The notes beneath the pieces are model-generated. The model made no database searches. It worked only from the letters and a program-made list of their open reading frames with translations, and was not told the origin of the DNA. The translations under genes and the position numbers were made by a program. From contig CBFDEM010000053.1 in the NCBI GenBank assembly GCA_965603825.1, positions 1,178,001 to 1,242,000 on the forward strand: a stretch of DNA of 64,000 bases. Direction: 5' to 3'. The stretch's first letter is position 1, and every line of letters begins with the position of its first letter. The stretch is from Blepharisma stoltei ATCC 30299 (taxonomy: Eukaryota > Protista > Ciliophora). Shown one piece after another: positions 45,201 through 57,679 of the stretch.

Positions 45201-48200
45201 TCTCCAAGCCACTGGCTATTGTGTATGCCAAACTGGCTATGAATACATTGACAGCTCAGGAAATGACTTGAGCGATAAAAATGGCAAAGATGACTGTGTG
45301 CAAAAGGTTTATACAAGGTGCAACTCTGGAGATGTCAGAGATCAGTTAGGTAAATGCAGAAGCACGTCTGATTGCTCTAGTGAGTGCAATGGAGGGAGCG
45401 GAGAAAGATCTCCATCTACTGGGCTATGTGAATGTACAGAAGTTGATGACGTTAATAATATTTGCAATGAAAATTGCAGAGATACAAGTAATACGATGAC
45501 TTATAATAGTGGAGGACAGTTTGTGATTTATAATCCTACGACTGGAAAATCAGAAGCAGTTGCTTCTACAGATGTAGATGGACTTCAAGGCAGCGCCGCT
45601 TGCTATCCAGGCAAATCTTGCAAAGTCCATAGCGTTGAAATGACCTCTAGTGGAAAAATTAATGGCCTTTTTGGTGTCACTAGTTCAGTTAAAAGCTCTA
45701 AGTCCTCTTCAAGAATTCTAGCCACAACTGACAGCTCGAAATATATCCAAAACCCTGTTATTTGCTTAAACATTGGTGAGACAATGGCATTTTCTGTTAT
45801 CAAGCCTGACCATTATCCTGTCTACATGAAAAAATCTTTGATAAACTCCAACCCTACTTTTGACTATAGCGAATTCACTGCTCTTGCTGATAGTATGAAA
45901 AATGGAGAAAACATCACAGTATTTGTATTCACTTTTAACCAAGGCGGTGTTTATCTATTTGCAGATGCTGCAGATACAAGCCAGCAAATGATTGTAGGTG
46001 TGATGACAGACAGTTCAGAATGTCCATACTCTGATTCGCAACTTCAGCCACGAACTGCTGCTTCGATCCACCTTATAAGAACTAATCTTAAGGGCGATAT
46101 CATCCAAAGTGTCGATTGGAAAGTTGTAGTTGGCCTCATGATTTCTTTAGTAGTGGCAGTACTTATATTTACAGCTCTATTCTATTACTATACCAAGTTC
46201 ACCTGGGAAATAAGACTTATGAAAAGAGTGCCATACAGAGAACAAAATAAACATCTTAAAATCATAGGTGATGAAGGGACCCGAACAACAATGCAGCTAG
46301 TTATAGATGGAAAAGAAGCGGGAAGTGATTCATCAGAGGTAGAAGAAATAAGAGAAATGATCTTTGAAAAAGTCCCAGAAGTAGCTAGCTTTGAACCTAC
46401 CAACTACTTAGACGAGCATAACCAAGTTGACAATTCTTTGATTCAAGCTATCAAGGAAAAAATCAGAAACAACAATAAGCTTGTGATGAAATTCTTAGAA
46501 GACAGTGCTGCAGACTCTCAAGATAGACTACAAAGACTTGCTAACGAAACTGAAGAACTACGAAATCTGCTCTATGACTTATTAAACCCTCTTAGCAAAC
46601 TAGTCGGAAAGCCAGCGAAAAAAACTCTTGACGACAAACTATCAGCTAGAGACGAAAGTATCATAGGATCTGCCCCAACTACGCTCATCCCTGACATTGA
46701 ATATCAAGAAGCACTCAACGAAATTGCTGAAAACGGTGCTTTAATTGACCAAGACAAAAACAAGCTTATGAGTGAGCTTAATTCTGAGCTGCAGAAGCTC
46801 GAAGAAAACATCAAAGCAGATAAATCAAAGCATGATGATGAACTTGCAATGAGACTCGCTCTAAGAGCCAAGCGGCGAAAGGAGCTGGAAAGAGAGAAAA
46901 AGGAACTTGAAAGAGAAGAAAAAAATCTTGCAAAAGCTCAGCAAAACGAAATTTGGGAAGCCAAAATGGTCTTTGATGAAGAAGAAAAAGCCTTACAAGA
47001 AGACTTTAATAGAGAAAAAGAAGAAATCAGGAGGACTGTTCTTGGCAGTCAAGTCGCAGAACTGCAAGATAAGCTTCAAAAGATGATAGAAGACCACCCA
47101 GAAAAGACACAAGAATATATCAGGCAATATGAGCAACATGTAGAAGCTTTAGAGAACAATTTGACTATAAACCAAATGAGGCAGCACCAAGAATTAGTCA
47201 AAAGACTTGAAGAAAAGAAAAACCAAAGAAGGGCTCAGCTTAAAGAAAAGCAAGCCAAAATGGAAGCAGAAATCAAAAACAAGCAAGCCATGGAAAGAGA
47301 AGAAATTGAGCAGAAGAAAAAAGACCTCGAAATTGAAGAAGCCATCGCAGAAGCTTTACCAATCGTGACCAAAGACCAAACAAATAAAGAACTCGAAGAC
47401 CTCGAGAAAAAGCATAAAGATGAACTAATTGAGTATGAAAAAGAGCTGAAAACACAAGAAAACCAAGAAGTCACTGCACTACAGAAGCAAGCAACCATGA
47501 AAGAAAGCAAACTGACTCAGCTAAAGGCAGACCTAGAAAAACAAAAGAAAAAACTTATGGAGTCTGTTGCTACAGCTACTGATGAAGAAAAAGATATTTT
47601 GTACCAAGATTTAGCTATGAATGAAATGAAACTTAAAGAACTTGCTGAAAAAGTCTCTCAGGAACAGAAGAAAAATTTAGATGACAGGCTGGAATTTAGG
47701 AGAAAGAAGAGAGATGAAAGGCTTAAAGCGCTTAAACAAAAGCAAGAAGAAGAAAGAAAAGCAGTAGAACTCCAAGCTAAAAATAAAGCCAATGAAAATA
47801 AAGCAATAGAATTAGAGCAAGCAATTAAGCAAGCACTTTCTAAACTTCCTGTTGATAAACAAAATGACGCCATAAAAGCTCTTCTTGAAGAAAAGCACGA
47901 GCAAGAAAGACTCAAACTCAAGAAAAAACTGCGGAAAAAGCTGAGAGACTGCCAAAAGGATGCTATCAGAGAAGTCATGAGGATGAAAGCAAGCGATCTA
48001 GAAATCTTAAGAAACGAATTCAAAGAAAAGGTCAAAGCTGCAGGCAGAGACTCTGAAGCTCTCTCACAAATCCAGCAAGAAGAAACTGAAGCACTAAATA
48101 GAATTGATTATCACTATATGAAGCAGCTAGAAAGCTCTCAAGAAGACGCTTGGAGAAAACAATCAGAAAAAAATCAGCAAGAGCTGTTATCTCTTATAGA

Positions 48201-49032
48201 CCATCAGCTTGGAGAAATGAGAAAATATGCAAACAGCCAAGGACCAAACCAAGGATCTGAAGATTTAGAACTGAAACTCCAACAAGAACGGCAAAGGGTC
48301 GAAGATGAAGGCCAGAGAAAATTGAACGAGCTTAATAAGAGAAAAGAAGAATTAGAAGCTTTAAGAGCACAAAAACAAAAAGAACTAGAAGAAATGATCA
48401 TGAGAGAAAAAAGACATGAAGAAATGGAAAACAGAAGACAACTTCTGATTGAGAAGAAAAGAGCACTGATGGAAAAACAGCGCAAAATCAGAGAAGAACT
48501 GCAAAAAAGAGGCCAGCTAACCTCTGAACAAATGGAAAGACTAATCAGTGAGCATCAAAGAGAACTTTCTGCATTAGAAAGCGCCATTGCAAGAGAAAGA
48601 GATAGACAAATGGCTTTGATGAGCCAAAAACTTGCAGAGAGAATGCAAAGGAAGAATGAATATGAAATGACTGTACAAAGAATGAAAGAAGAGCAAAGCA
48701 GATGGCAAAAAGAAATGGAAGAGTTGCCAGGGATCACAAATAAACAAGCCACTACATTATTACTTAAATGGAGAAGGTACCCGAAGAGAGGCATCAAAGA
48801 TATTGAAAAGACACTGAGAACTGTTGAGCCAGCTGAAAGGCAACTGCCTGTTGTGGCTAAGATGGAAGATGCCCCTGTGGTAGATTCAAATGATCCAAGG
48901 CTGGATGAGCTAGTAGCGAAGGTGGACAGGATTGAAAAGATCGTCAAAAATGTGGACTCAACACAGTTTGAGAACGCGATTAAAGCGCTTGAAGAATTGG
49001 AAAGGACAATTAAGTCGGTTAAGTCTCTATAA
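36235..49032 (+). CDS. Giant type-I membrane protein (~4,260 aa): signal peptide, Ser/Thr-rich beta-sandwich (Ig/Calx-beta-like) domains, long GCC2/GCC3-type (ephrin-receptor-like) Cys-rich repeat array, single TM, ~900-aa cytoplasmic coiled coil
   Basis: One frame from ATG 36235 after removing a 15-nt intron (36316-36330), with TGA-Trp at 36541, 37399, 39520 and 41938. Dozens of CPAGYYCP repeats; TM VVVGLMISLVVAVLIFTALFYYY. Confidence 0.88.
36316..36330 (+). other. 15-nt spliceosomal intron
   Basis: GTAATATTAATTTAG; removes an in-frame TAG between the signal peptide and the rest of the protein. Confidence 0.88.
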
Positions 49033-49073
49033 ACTAACTATAGATTTCAAAATGAATTAATTTTAATATAAAA

Positions 49074-51614
49074 ATGGCAAAAGCTTTATTTATCATTTTT
49101 GCATGAGCTATAGGGATAAGTTTTCTTATTTTTTATTTATTCTTTGAAATTGATAAATACAAGCCAAGTTTGAACGGATCTGTACTCATAATTTAGAGTT
49201 ACTTAATTTATTTGGAAGATTATGGCTTTATCAAACCCTATGAAAAAGTATCATCTCAAAACACATATCCATCAGAGCCCAGCAATTATACAGGAAATAC
49301 TTTATCTGAAAATTCTGATTTAGAAATATATAAATATCAAGGCTATCAAGCATGCATCCCTGAATCATTTGGGTATACACATTCAGATGCATCAATAAAT
49401 TTTCGACATATAAAATACCCAACATGCACAGAAAAACTAAACACACAAAGAAAAATCATTGAAATTGATATAGAGAATAATCAGCTTATTATGAACTGTC
49501 CAAAAGGAAAAGGATGGTATTATCTTGGTTTAAATCAAGATAGGGAGCTTATTGGAAAAGATGTTTATGAAGAAAAAATTAAAAAGTATCCTGGACACCC
49601 AGTCAAGCTTGAAAATAATGAAGAGTGGGCTTATGGGACTTGTGAGGAAAATACCTTTCCGTTAGAAGGAGCTGCCTATGCTAACAGACCAAAGCTGGCT
49701 TCTAAAAAAAGAGCCAAAAAAATAATGGAAAATTTGCAAGGTGAAGCTTATCGAGACTTTAAAGAAAACCAAACCCGCCCTTTAACTGTCTTGGTGCTGA
49801 CTTTTGATTCTATATCTCGTAGGCATTTTTATAGAAATCTTCCAAAGACAAAGACTTTTTTAAGTTCTTTATCCCCTGAAAAATTTCGAGTTTTTGATTA
49901 TAAAATTCACAACATTATAGGCGATAACTCTTTACCTAATGTTTATTCCCTTTTGACAGGAAAAAGCTATGATGGCGTTATAGAGTGAGAAAAGGACGAT
50001 AATGCTAAAGCGAAAGAAGATTTATTAGGATCAAATTCAATATGAAATTATATGCAAGATAAAGTAAAAATCATTTAGGGATGAGTAACTCTTTTTAATG
50101 CAGAATTTTGTGATGATTATTTTTCTGTTAAATTTGGAAGAAAATTAAACGTTGACCATATAATGACCAAATTTTGATGTGCTGCTGAAAAGTTTTCGGA
50201 TTACAAGTAATTTCTACCTAGTGATCTTGGCCAATTTCAAAGATGTATAGGAAACGAAAATTCTCATTTTTATACCTTAAATTATACTTATCAATTTGTA
50301 TTGAATTATCAAGGGATTAATAAATGAGCTCACATTATGAGTTTGCCAGGGCACGAAGATTCTGGAACTGTTGTGCAAACGCTTGATGATGATTTATCGA
50401 TCTTTTTAAAAAATATCTTGAATACTAAAGATGAAGTATTTATTTTTTTATTGGCTGACCATGGAATGAGGTATGGTGGATGGTATAAATATATTGAAGG
50501 CTATATGGAACACAAGCTTCCAATGCTATTTTTAATAGCTTCAACATCATTATTAAATGACATTCCAGGCAGTATTGAGAACTTATCATATAACTCAAAT
50601 CGTCTTGTTTCTAAAACAGATATTCATAGAACATTAAAGCATTTAGCTCATATTCCTTATTATCGAAATTATGAAGCGAAGTCTCTAGAGTACAGAAGAT
50701 GGCATGCAGTTGGCCATTCTGTAAGCTTAATGATGGAAAAAGTCCCATTGTGAAGAGAATGCAGTGATATTGGTATTGATCAAGTCTGATGCTCTTGTCC
50801 TATACTTGAGAGGGTTGATAAGAATGCTTATGCTAATTATTCTAATACATATAGTGAAGCAGAGTATGAAGTTAAAAAATTTATAGAAGATATTGCAGAT
50901 GCCATGGTTTTCGAAATAAATCAAGAAACTCATGGCTCTCATAACTATGAGGGATGGCACATTTGCCAAAAAATCAGTTTAAAACAAATAGAAAATGTTG
51001 AATGGTTTAGGTACACAAACGGAAAGCATCTATTTAAATTATTAATTAGCGTAAATGAAGATGAAGAGGTTAGGTATGAAAGCCTTGCGATGATTTCAGC
51101 ATATTTCTTGTATCCAAAAAGCCCAAGAGCTGGATTTCCTTTATATTCTGTTATGAATAATGGAAAAAAGCTACTCAAACTTTTATATGTTTCACGAAAG
51201 ACGCCACAATCAAGTCTATGCAAAGAAATTTGTAAAGAAAAATCAATTATTGGAAATCTTTGCCTATGCAATAAGCGTGATATAATTCAATATTACTCCC
51301 CAAAAACTATAACTAAAATTGCACACAACTACGAATTCAAAATAGCAAAAGGCAAAGAAAATTGTAAAGATTTATGCAAATCAGTAAATAAGACATGTGA
51401 CTCAGTCGGAATGGAAATTTTAAATAGTTGTCAAACTTTGATGGAAGTAACTGGCTGCAAATTTTGCCAGCAAGATTCTAATGCATATATGCCAGGCCTA
51501 AACAAGGATGTATGCATTTTATCAACGAAAAAAGAATTTTTGTGCGAAAATAACTCAGATAAATACAAGAGGGTTTGTGCATGCAAAAGCATTAAAACAA
51601 CTTATTTAATTTAG
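49074..51614 (+). CDS. Type-II membrane DUF229 (alkaline-phosphatase/sulfatase superfamily) protein with C-terminal Cys-rich domain (831 aa, 3 introns)
   Basis: N-terminal TM; VLVLTFDSISRRHFYRNLPKT, PGHED, LADHGMR, EHKLP, CSDIGIDQVWCSC. Frame restored by UGA=Trp and three 15-nt introns. Confidence 0.82.
49182..49196 (+). other. 15-nt spliceosomal intron
   Basis: GTACTCATAATTTAG; contains an in-frame TAG. Confidence 0.85.
50064..50078 (+). other. 15-nt spliceosomal intron
   Basis: GTAAAAATCATTTAG; splicing gives IWNYMQDK|GWVTLF. Confidence 0.9.
50207..50221 (+). other. 15-nt spliceosomal intron
   Basis: GTAATTTCTACCTAG; phase 2, removes an in-frame TAA. Confidence 0.88.
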
Positions 51615-51694
51615 ACTTAAATTTCTCATATAAAATTAAGTAGAAATTTCTACTTGTTTTAGAAAAATCAGTTAATAACTGCTATTTACTAAAT

Positions 51695-52321
51695 TTATTT
51701 CAATTTAATATACAGCACAAAGGCCAAGGCAACTATAAGCAAGATAATAATAGCATATAGTATCAATTTCATTCCAATTCTCCTCTTATCCATCACTCCA
51801 ATAGTCCTATTTGCTGCATTCAAATTAGTCCCTACATCATCTACCTTATCCTTGATATCCAAAATTTTTTGTCTCTGCTCAAGAAGATTTCGTTTTGTCC
51901 CATAAGCCATTTCTTCAGCCTCAAGGCCTTTTTGTAGAGTCCTATCCAAAGCATTTCCACTATCAATAATTACTTCAGTCGTAGAGACTACCTTTTCTCT
52001 TTCCCCTTTTATTGGAGATCTGCCCATTAGGTCTCCCTTGTTTTTTCTAGTGATTTCATTATTGATCAGCTGCTTGACTTTTTGGTAGCTATCAGAGTGC
52101 CTGATAAAATTTTTTTGATAAATCGCTGAAAGGCTTGGGGGCATTTTTTGAACTTCGCTCTCCATGAGTTTTAATGTATTTTCAGCTTCTTCTATATCGT
52201 GCTTTGAATCGGATAAAAGAGCTTCGCTATTTTGAGAAGACGAAAGTGTGGAGAGTTTTTTATTGGCACTTGATAGGTGTTTGGAAAAATCTTTTTCGTA
52301 GGCTTTGAAAAGTTCTGCCAT
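51695..52321 (-). CDS. VTI1: Vti1-family Qb-SNARE
   Basis: MAELFKAYEKDF Habc start, SNARE motif (LLEQRQKI), C-terminal TM. Confidence 0.85.
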   Translation of the reverse strand: MAELFKAYEKDFSKHLSSANKKLSTLSSSQNSEALLSDSKHDIEEAENTLKLMESEVQKMPPSLSAIYQKNFIRHSDSYQKVKQLINNEITRKNKGDLMGRSPIKGEREKVVSTTEVIIDSGNALDRTLQKGLEAEEMAYGTKRNLLEQRQKILDIKDKVDDVGTNLNAANRTIGVMDKRRIGMKLILYAIIILLIVALAFVLYIKLK

Positions 52322-52463
52322 TGATTAGAAATTAATAGTAAGAAGCATAGGATTAGATAAAAATAAATTACTGATTCTCGACTTATAAAAGAATTATAAG
52401 TAGGAAATTGTTAGTAATAATAAGGATTTTATGAAAATAGTGAAAAATAAGTTATTTATAAAT

Positions 52464-53294
52464 TTACCTGAAATATCTCATGAGCCCTCCAGGGCGACTG
52501 ATGACTTGTTCTTCATCTTTGAATTTTCCTTTAATAGCTTTTTTGAATTCTTTTTTTGTGCTTTCATCTAGTTTAGCAGATGATTTTACAGTAGAAGGTG
52601 TCATTCTCATAGATTTGCTCGAATTCGAAGACGGGGTCATCTGAACTCTTGAATTTGGAGATGGCGTCATCTGACTCCTTGTGTTGTTTACACTAAAAGG
52701 GTTATCTGAAGTCCTTCTTGATTTTATCATTGCATTTTGGATTCCTCTCTCCCTAAAGATCAAAAATGCTGAAACTAAATTCCTCCGATGAATTCTTCTC
52801 CACTGAATTAAAAACCCTGAAATTTTTTCTCTCAATGTATTTGGCTTTCTTTGTTTCTGTTTTCTAAGAACAATATTGCATTTTCATTTTCTTAAATTGG
52901 TACGTAAAATCATCCTGTATCCAGCAAATACAAGGGGTTTGAATTTCATTATTGCGTAAATGATATTCATGCACATGATTTTCTTATTCCGGATTAAAGC
53001 TCGTTTTAGCTGTTCAAACATCTGAATATAGCGAATTTCAGAAATTGCAAGAAGTTTTTCGTATTCAAAACTTGTCGGGTTTTTGAAAAGATAGTTCTTT
53101 TTCGGGCTTCGAATTTGGACTTGTTTTCTCTCTTGGAAACGCTTTGCAGCGGATTTTTTAGAAAAACTGAAAGAATCGTATATTGTAAAATCGGGTTGAT
53201 CGATGCTGTGTTCTTGCTCAAAAGTGTCGAGCCTGCTGAGGTTTAGAGAGCGATCGGTAGCGACTGTCTCTTGCTTGGGAATGTACCTCTTCAT
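52464..53294 (-). CDS. Hypothetical basic protein (276 aa) with three MTPS repeats
   Basis: Track ORFs 52884 and 52464 are joined in frame by TGA at 52884-52886. Confidence 0.7.
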
Positions 53295-53565
53295 TATTTA
53301 AATTGGAAATAAAATGAAAATCATTAAAATTGATGTTTTAGTCTACATATATACAACTCTACCTCAAATTATTGCAAGATTTTACTATTTCTAGAGTGCA
53401 AATTAATTTTTTAATAACGAATCAAAATAAAAATTCATTTAAATAGGCACTTATGAATGGGATTTTTAGCCTATATTCTCTTGATTTCAAAGAATTATAA
53501 TTAATATAAAGGTATTAAACATGTTTAAACAAAACAAGATCTTAACATTATAAATTAACATTTTA

Positions 53566-54234
53566 TTAAAACTCGTAGGAATTTTCATACAAAAACAAGC
53601 CATCATTTAAAAATGCGCCATCAAAATTTATTTCTTGTTGCTTCTCAATGCAAACAGGCTTTTCATCGCTTTCTATATCCTTACAGCCGAGCTTAATATA
53701 TTTTTCAGTCTCATAGCTCAATTCCAAAATAAATTTCTGGCTTCCAATCGTCTCTTCCTTCTCTTTGCCAATCTGCGCAAGATGGTGTATAATTAAGCAC
53801 TCCCACAGTTTTTTTCGAATCGGCTCTTTAAACCTTTTATCCAATTTGCAATTAAAAGCCCTCTCAAACTGTTTTTCGTTATAGTTTTCCATTAGCTCTT
53901 TTGCATAGCTATCAACCATATCATTAAATAAATTTTTGTAGATTTTTCTTAAAGCCTGACTCAAGGCAACATTGAAATAAGACTTTTCTTTATTCTTGAA
54001 AACCTCTCTTTCATCTTTATTTAAAAAAGACTCAGGCCAAAATTTACTAGAATAGAGATCAAATGATTCTTCTTTTAAGTTTAACTTTAGAGTGCCATAA
54101 AAATTACGGTAAAAAGAATTGGTAAGCTTTTGGTTTAAAGACCGCGATTCTTTCTTTTTTGGGTTCTTGAAATATTGAAGAACTGATCCGATAGGGTTAC
54201 ATGGTCGTCCTCGGGTCTTGTCACTTTTTACCAT
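53566..54234 (-). CDS. Hypothetical protein (222 aa)
   Basis: ATG to TAA ORF; no recognised domain. Confidence 0.6.
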   Translation of the reverse strand: MVKSDKTRGRPCNPIGSVLQYFKNPKKKESRSLNQKLTNSFYRNFYGTLKLNLKEESFDLYSSKFWPESFLNKDEREVFKNKEKSYFNVALSQALRKIYKNLFNDMVDSYAKELMENYNEKQFERAFNCKLDKRFKEPIRKKLWECLIIHHLAQIGKEKEETIGSQKFILELSYETEKYIKLGCKDIESDEKPVCIEKQQEINFDGAFLNDGLFLYENSYEF

Positions 54235-54526
54235 ATTTTTTATATTTAAATGCTGTTATAAGTTGTCATTTTTGTGGCATTAGACATATTTAATGTTAGC
54301 AAAGATAAATGAAGCATATTTAAAGTTGCTATTGACATAATATAAAATATGATATAGCTGCTAACGTTTAAATACTGAAAATAAAAAAAATTATCTAATT
54401 CAAAACTAAATGATCATAAATATTTTTCTTACTTGAAAATAAACCTTATTTGATAGATTCTCTGAATAATTTTTAAAATTGAAGCAAAATATCTTATGAA
54501 GCATCAGTTCAAATATACTATAAAAA

Positions 54527-57130
54527 ATGAAAAATTCGAAATCTCCATCATATCTTCCTCTTATAACTAGAACTTCGTGAACTAAGCAAAAAACAGTTTC
54601 TACCACTTTAAATTCTAGCTCACCACCTCGAGATATTGAAGTCCCTCTCTTTGGGGATAAAGAAAGGCTAAAAGAGTTCCATACTGATCGTAAAAAGCTT
54701 ACAAAGTATGCAACCTCCGAAAGTTGCAAAAGCTTAGTTGTAAGATCCGATACAGTCTCAGATGATGCTAATGCGAGGCTTAATTTCTTTAGTTCTTATC
54801 AGAACCTGCCTAAGGAAAGTGAAAGAGTCGCTTTTAGAAAAATAAAGCAATCACCGGAATTGGCTTTCTTAAAAGAAATTTATAAAGAAGGTCTAAGCCC
54901 AAGGCCACTTGGAATATTTCAATCAAACAACCCAAGTTCAAGAAGTAGAGAAAACAGCTATTATGATTTAAGAAGCATTGCTTTAGGAGATACCTATGCA
55001 AAAGCTTTATCCAAAGGTATTAAACATACTCCACATATAAAAGAATTGAACTTAAAAGAAAATAGATTAACGGAAAAAGGGGTTTTGAAAATTTTAACAG
55101 AGCTGGTAGAAAAGGAAGCAAGATATCTTGTTTTGGCTGGAAACCACTTAGGTGAACATTCTATGCTAAAATTAGTTAAACTTTTAGATGATTCTATATC
55201 TTCACTAAAACGTCTAAACCTAGAAAATACAAAATTAAGCGAATCTGCCGTTATTCAACTCTGTAGTTGCTTAAAGCAAAATGCTACGTTGAAAAGATTG
55301 AATTTAGCCAAAAATGAAATAAAAAATAGTGCAATAAAGGCGATAGGAGAGATGCTAATTACCAATGAAGGGTTAAAGTACTTAGATCTTCATTGAAATT
55401 TAATCAGAGGAGAATCAATCATCGATTTATTTGATGGGATAAATCAAAACAAATATTTAAAATACTTAGATTTATCATGAAATGCTCTCGGAAGTCTTAA
55501 AAACCCAGAAATAATAAAATCGATCGGAAAAGCATTCAAAGAAAACACTACTCTAATCCATGTAGATTTATCATATAATAGTCTAAATACCCAAGCATGC
55601 GAGATAATTGGGAGCTATTTATGTGAAAATCACACTCTAATAGGATTGCATATGCTCGGAAATGATTGTAAATTAAACGCCAAGGGTTTTATTATTCCTG
55701 CGGAATGCACAAAAGAAAAAGATGCTCACAACTTTCAAAGAGTTATTAATGAGCCTACTTTTATGATTCATAGTGAAGATAGTTCCAATTGCTGAATATG
55801 TGAAAGATGGGTTGAAGTAGATTTCTCATTAAAATCTAACGAAAATAAAGTTTATGTGCATTTAGAATGTGATGGGTTCATTGGAGACTTGATGGAAAAA
55901 AGTGAGGAAAACTTTCAGATAAAAAGAGTAGTCCCGCCTGGGATTTTAAAATTTTTTTATAGTGGAGACTCTGATGTAATAGCATTGGAGGATATCCCTA
56001 CTCAACAATATGATAAACCTATAGAAATTATGAAAAATGATAAAAAAACTGTTAAAAATGTCAATGTAAGCTATGCTGAAGGCATTTCATGCAACCCTAA
56101 AAAACTTTTTAAAACCCAAATTAGAATCCCTGGAACTACCTTTGACCCTAAAAGGCCTGAAGACGAAAGGATCAAATGAGAAATTTCAATTAGCTCATTC
56201 AAAGACTACAAATTTGATAATGAACAGATACTTAAAGCAAACTTTGAATTTGATTTTAAGAATTCCCGTATACATCAATTTGTCAAAGATTCACTTGATG
56301 TGTTCAATACAAAAGAATATCTAGAAAGAGTCTATCTTTTATTCAAAGAAACTTACAGGCACTTAGCAGCATTAAGTGGGAATGGCTTATATTACTTCGG
56401 CCCAAATATTTTTACCGACTTTTTATCACAATGCAATATTTTTGATGAAAACTTCGGGATAAATGACTTAGGAGTTTGCTGAAATGCCACAAAAGGCCAA
56501 AGGTCAAAAAACGAAGTGATATTGGGGAATCGCCTTTCCAAGTCTGAATTTATGGAAATTATCACGAGGATTGCTAATGATAAATACGTAAGAAATAATT
56601 TATGCAAAACCACAGCTGAAGCATTGCAAAAATTATTTGAAGACAGTTTGATTCCTGTTATGATTCATTTTGATACTAATAAATGGAGAATGGAAAAATA
56701 TTGCTGCGAAGATGTGGACTTAGAACTTAAGGTTTACAAACCGATTTTTGATGAAATATTCAGATTATACACTGGTAAAGCGTTCTTTCAATTGAAAGGA
56801 CAGATGACATTGGAAGAATTTAGAAGCTTATGTGTGGAGTCTGGGCTGTGTATTGATGCTAGAGAAATCGAATTTTGTGCTTATAGAGCGATTATGTGTC
56901 ATAAAGAAGAAATTTTGGAGAAAAAGAGAATCGGATTAAGCTATGTGGAATTTTTAGAAGCTATTTGTCGCGTTTTTGATCAAGGAGGATGTATAAATGA
57001 TACTCTGAGAGACAAAATCAGAGCAAAGATCCATTTGCTAATAAATTTATGCCCAGAATCGGTTAGAGAGTCATTTATCATGCCTACTGAAGAGTCATAT
57101 TTTAAGCTTATGTATAAGCAAAATTCTTAA
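54527..57130 (+). CDS. Leucine-rich-repeat (RI-like) protein with NCWICERW motif and C-terminal helical/EF-like region (867 aa)
   Basis: Single frame with six TGA-Trp codons. LNLKENRL, LNLAKNEI, LDLHWNLI, LDLSWNAL, VDLSYNSL repeats. Confidence 0.82.
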
Positions 57131-57355
57131 ATAATCATTAGTTTCATCTATAATTTCAAATTCTTTTATTAGGCTGAGAATAAATTAAAAATTAATTAAA
57201 AAGTGTTTATTATTAGAAGTATTCATTTATTTAAAGCGGCTTTCAGCTACGATGCTCTTGCTTAACCTAAAATAATATTATTCAAAACTTTTTGATATAA
57301 AACAATTATCTGATTTTATGAATTAAAAAATCCAACAAATAAGCACTTTTTTAAG

Positions 57356-57411
57356 TATAGCGCTTTCCCGAGGATGGCGCCATTCCGCGCCATCCTCGGG
57401 AAAGCGCTATA
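57356..57411. repeat. Perfect GC-rich inverted repeat (25-bp arms, 6-nt spacer), bounded by TATA at both ends
   Basis: TATAGCGCTTTCCCGAGGATGGCGC-cattcc-GCGCCATCCTCGGGAAAGCGCTATA. Confidence 0.95.
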
Positions 57412-57679
57412 AAGTAATATTTAAACTTCTAAAATCTTCCTGTACTTTGACTTCGAAAAAATCCTAATTGATCTTGAAATGGAGTCTTCAAGAAATATTT
57501 AGGCTTCTTCCTCAGATTAGAGTAAGAGTTTTTATGCTTTGAAAGGGCATCATAAGTGGCTCTCAAGAAGTGTAGGCATACTTTTTTTCAGCTGCTGAAG
57601 TTTGTTAACGCAAATAATTATAGATATATATAATTAAATTTAAATATTTTAATTAGAAACTATTCCTGTTACTTTAACA

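Noticed and set aside
38156-48947. Many short alternative-frame and antisense ORFs within the giant gene (also within clathrin, CDPK and PP2C)
   Set aside because: Shadow ORFs produced by repeat and coiled-coil codon composition; no independent motifs.
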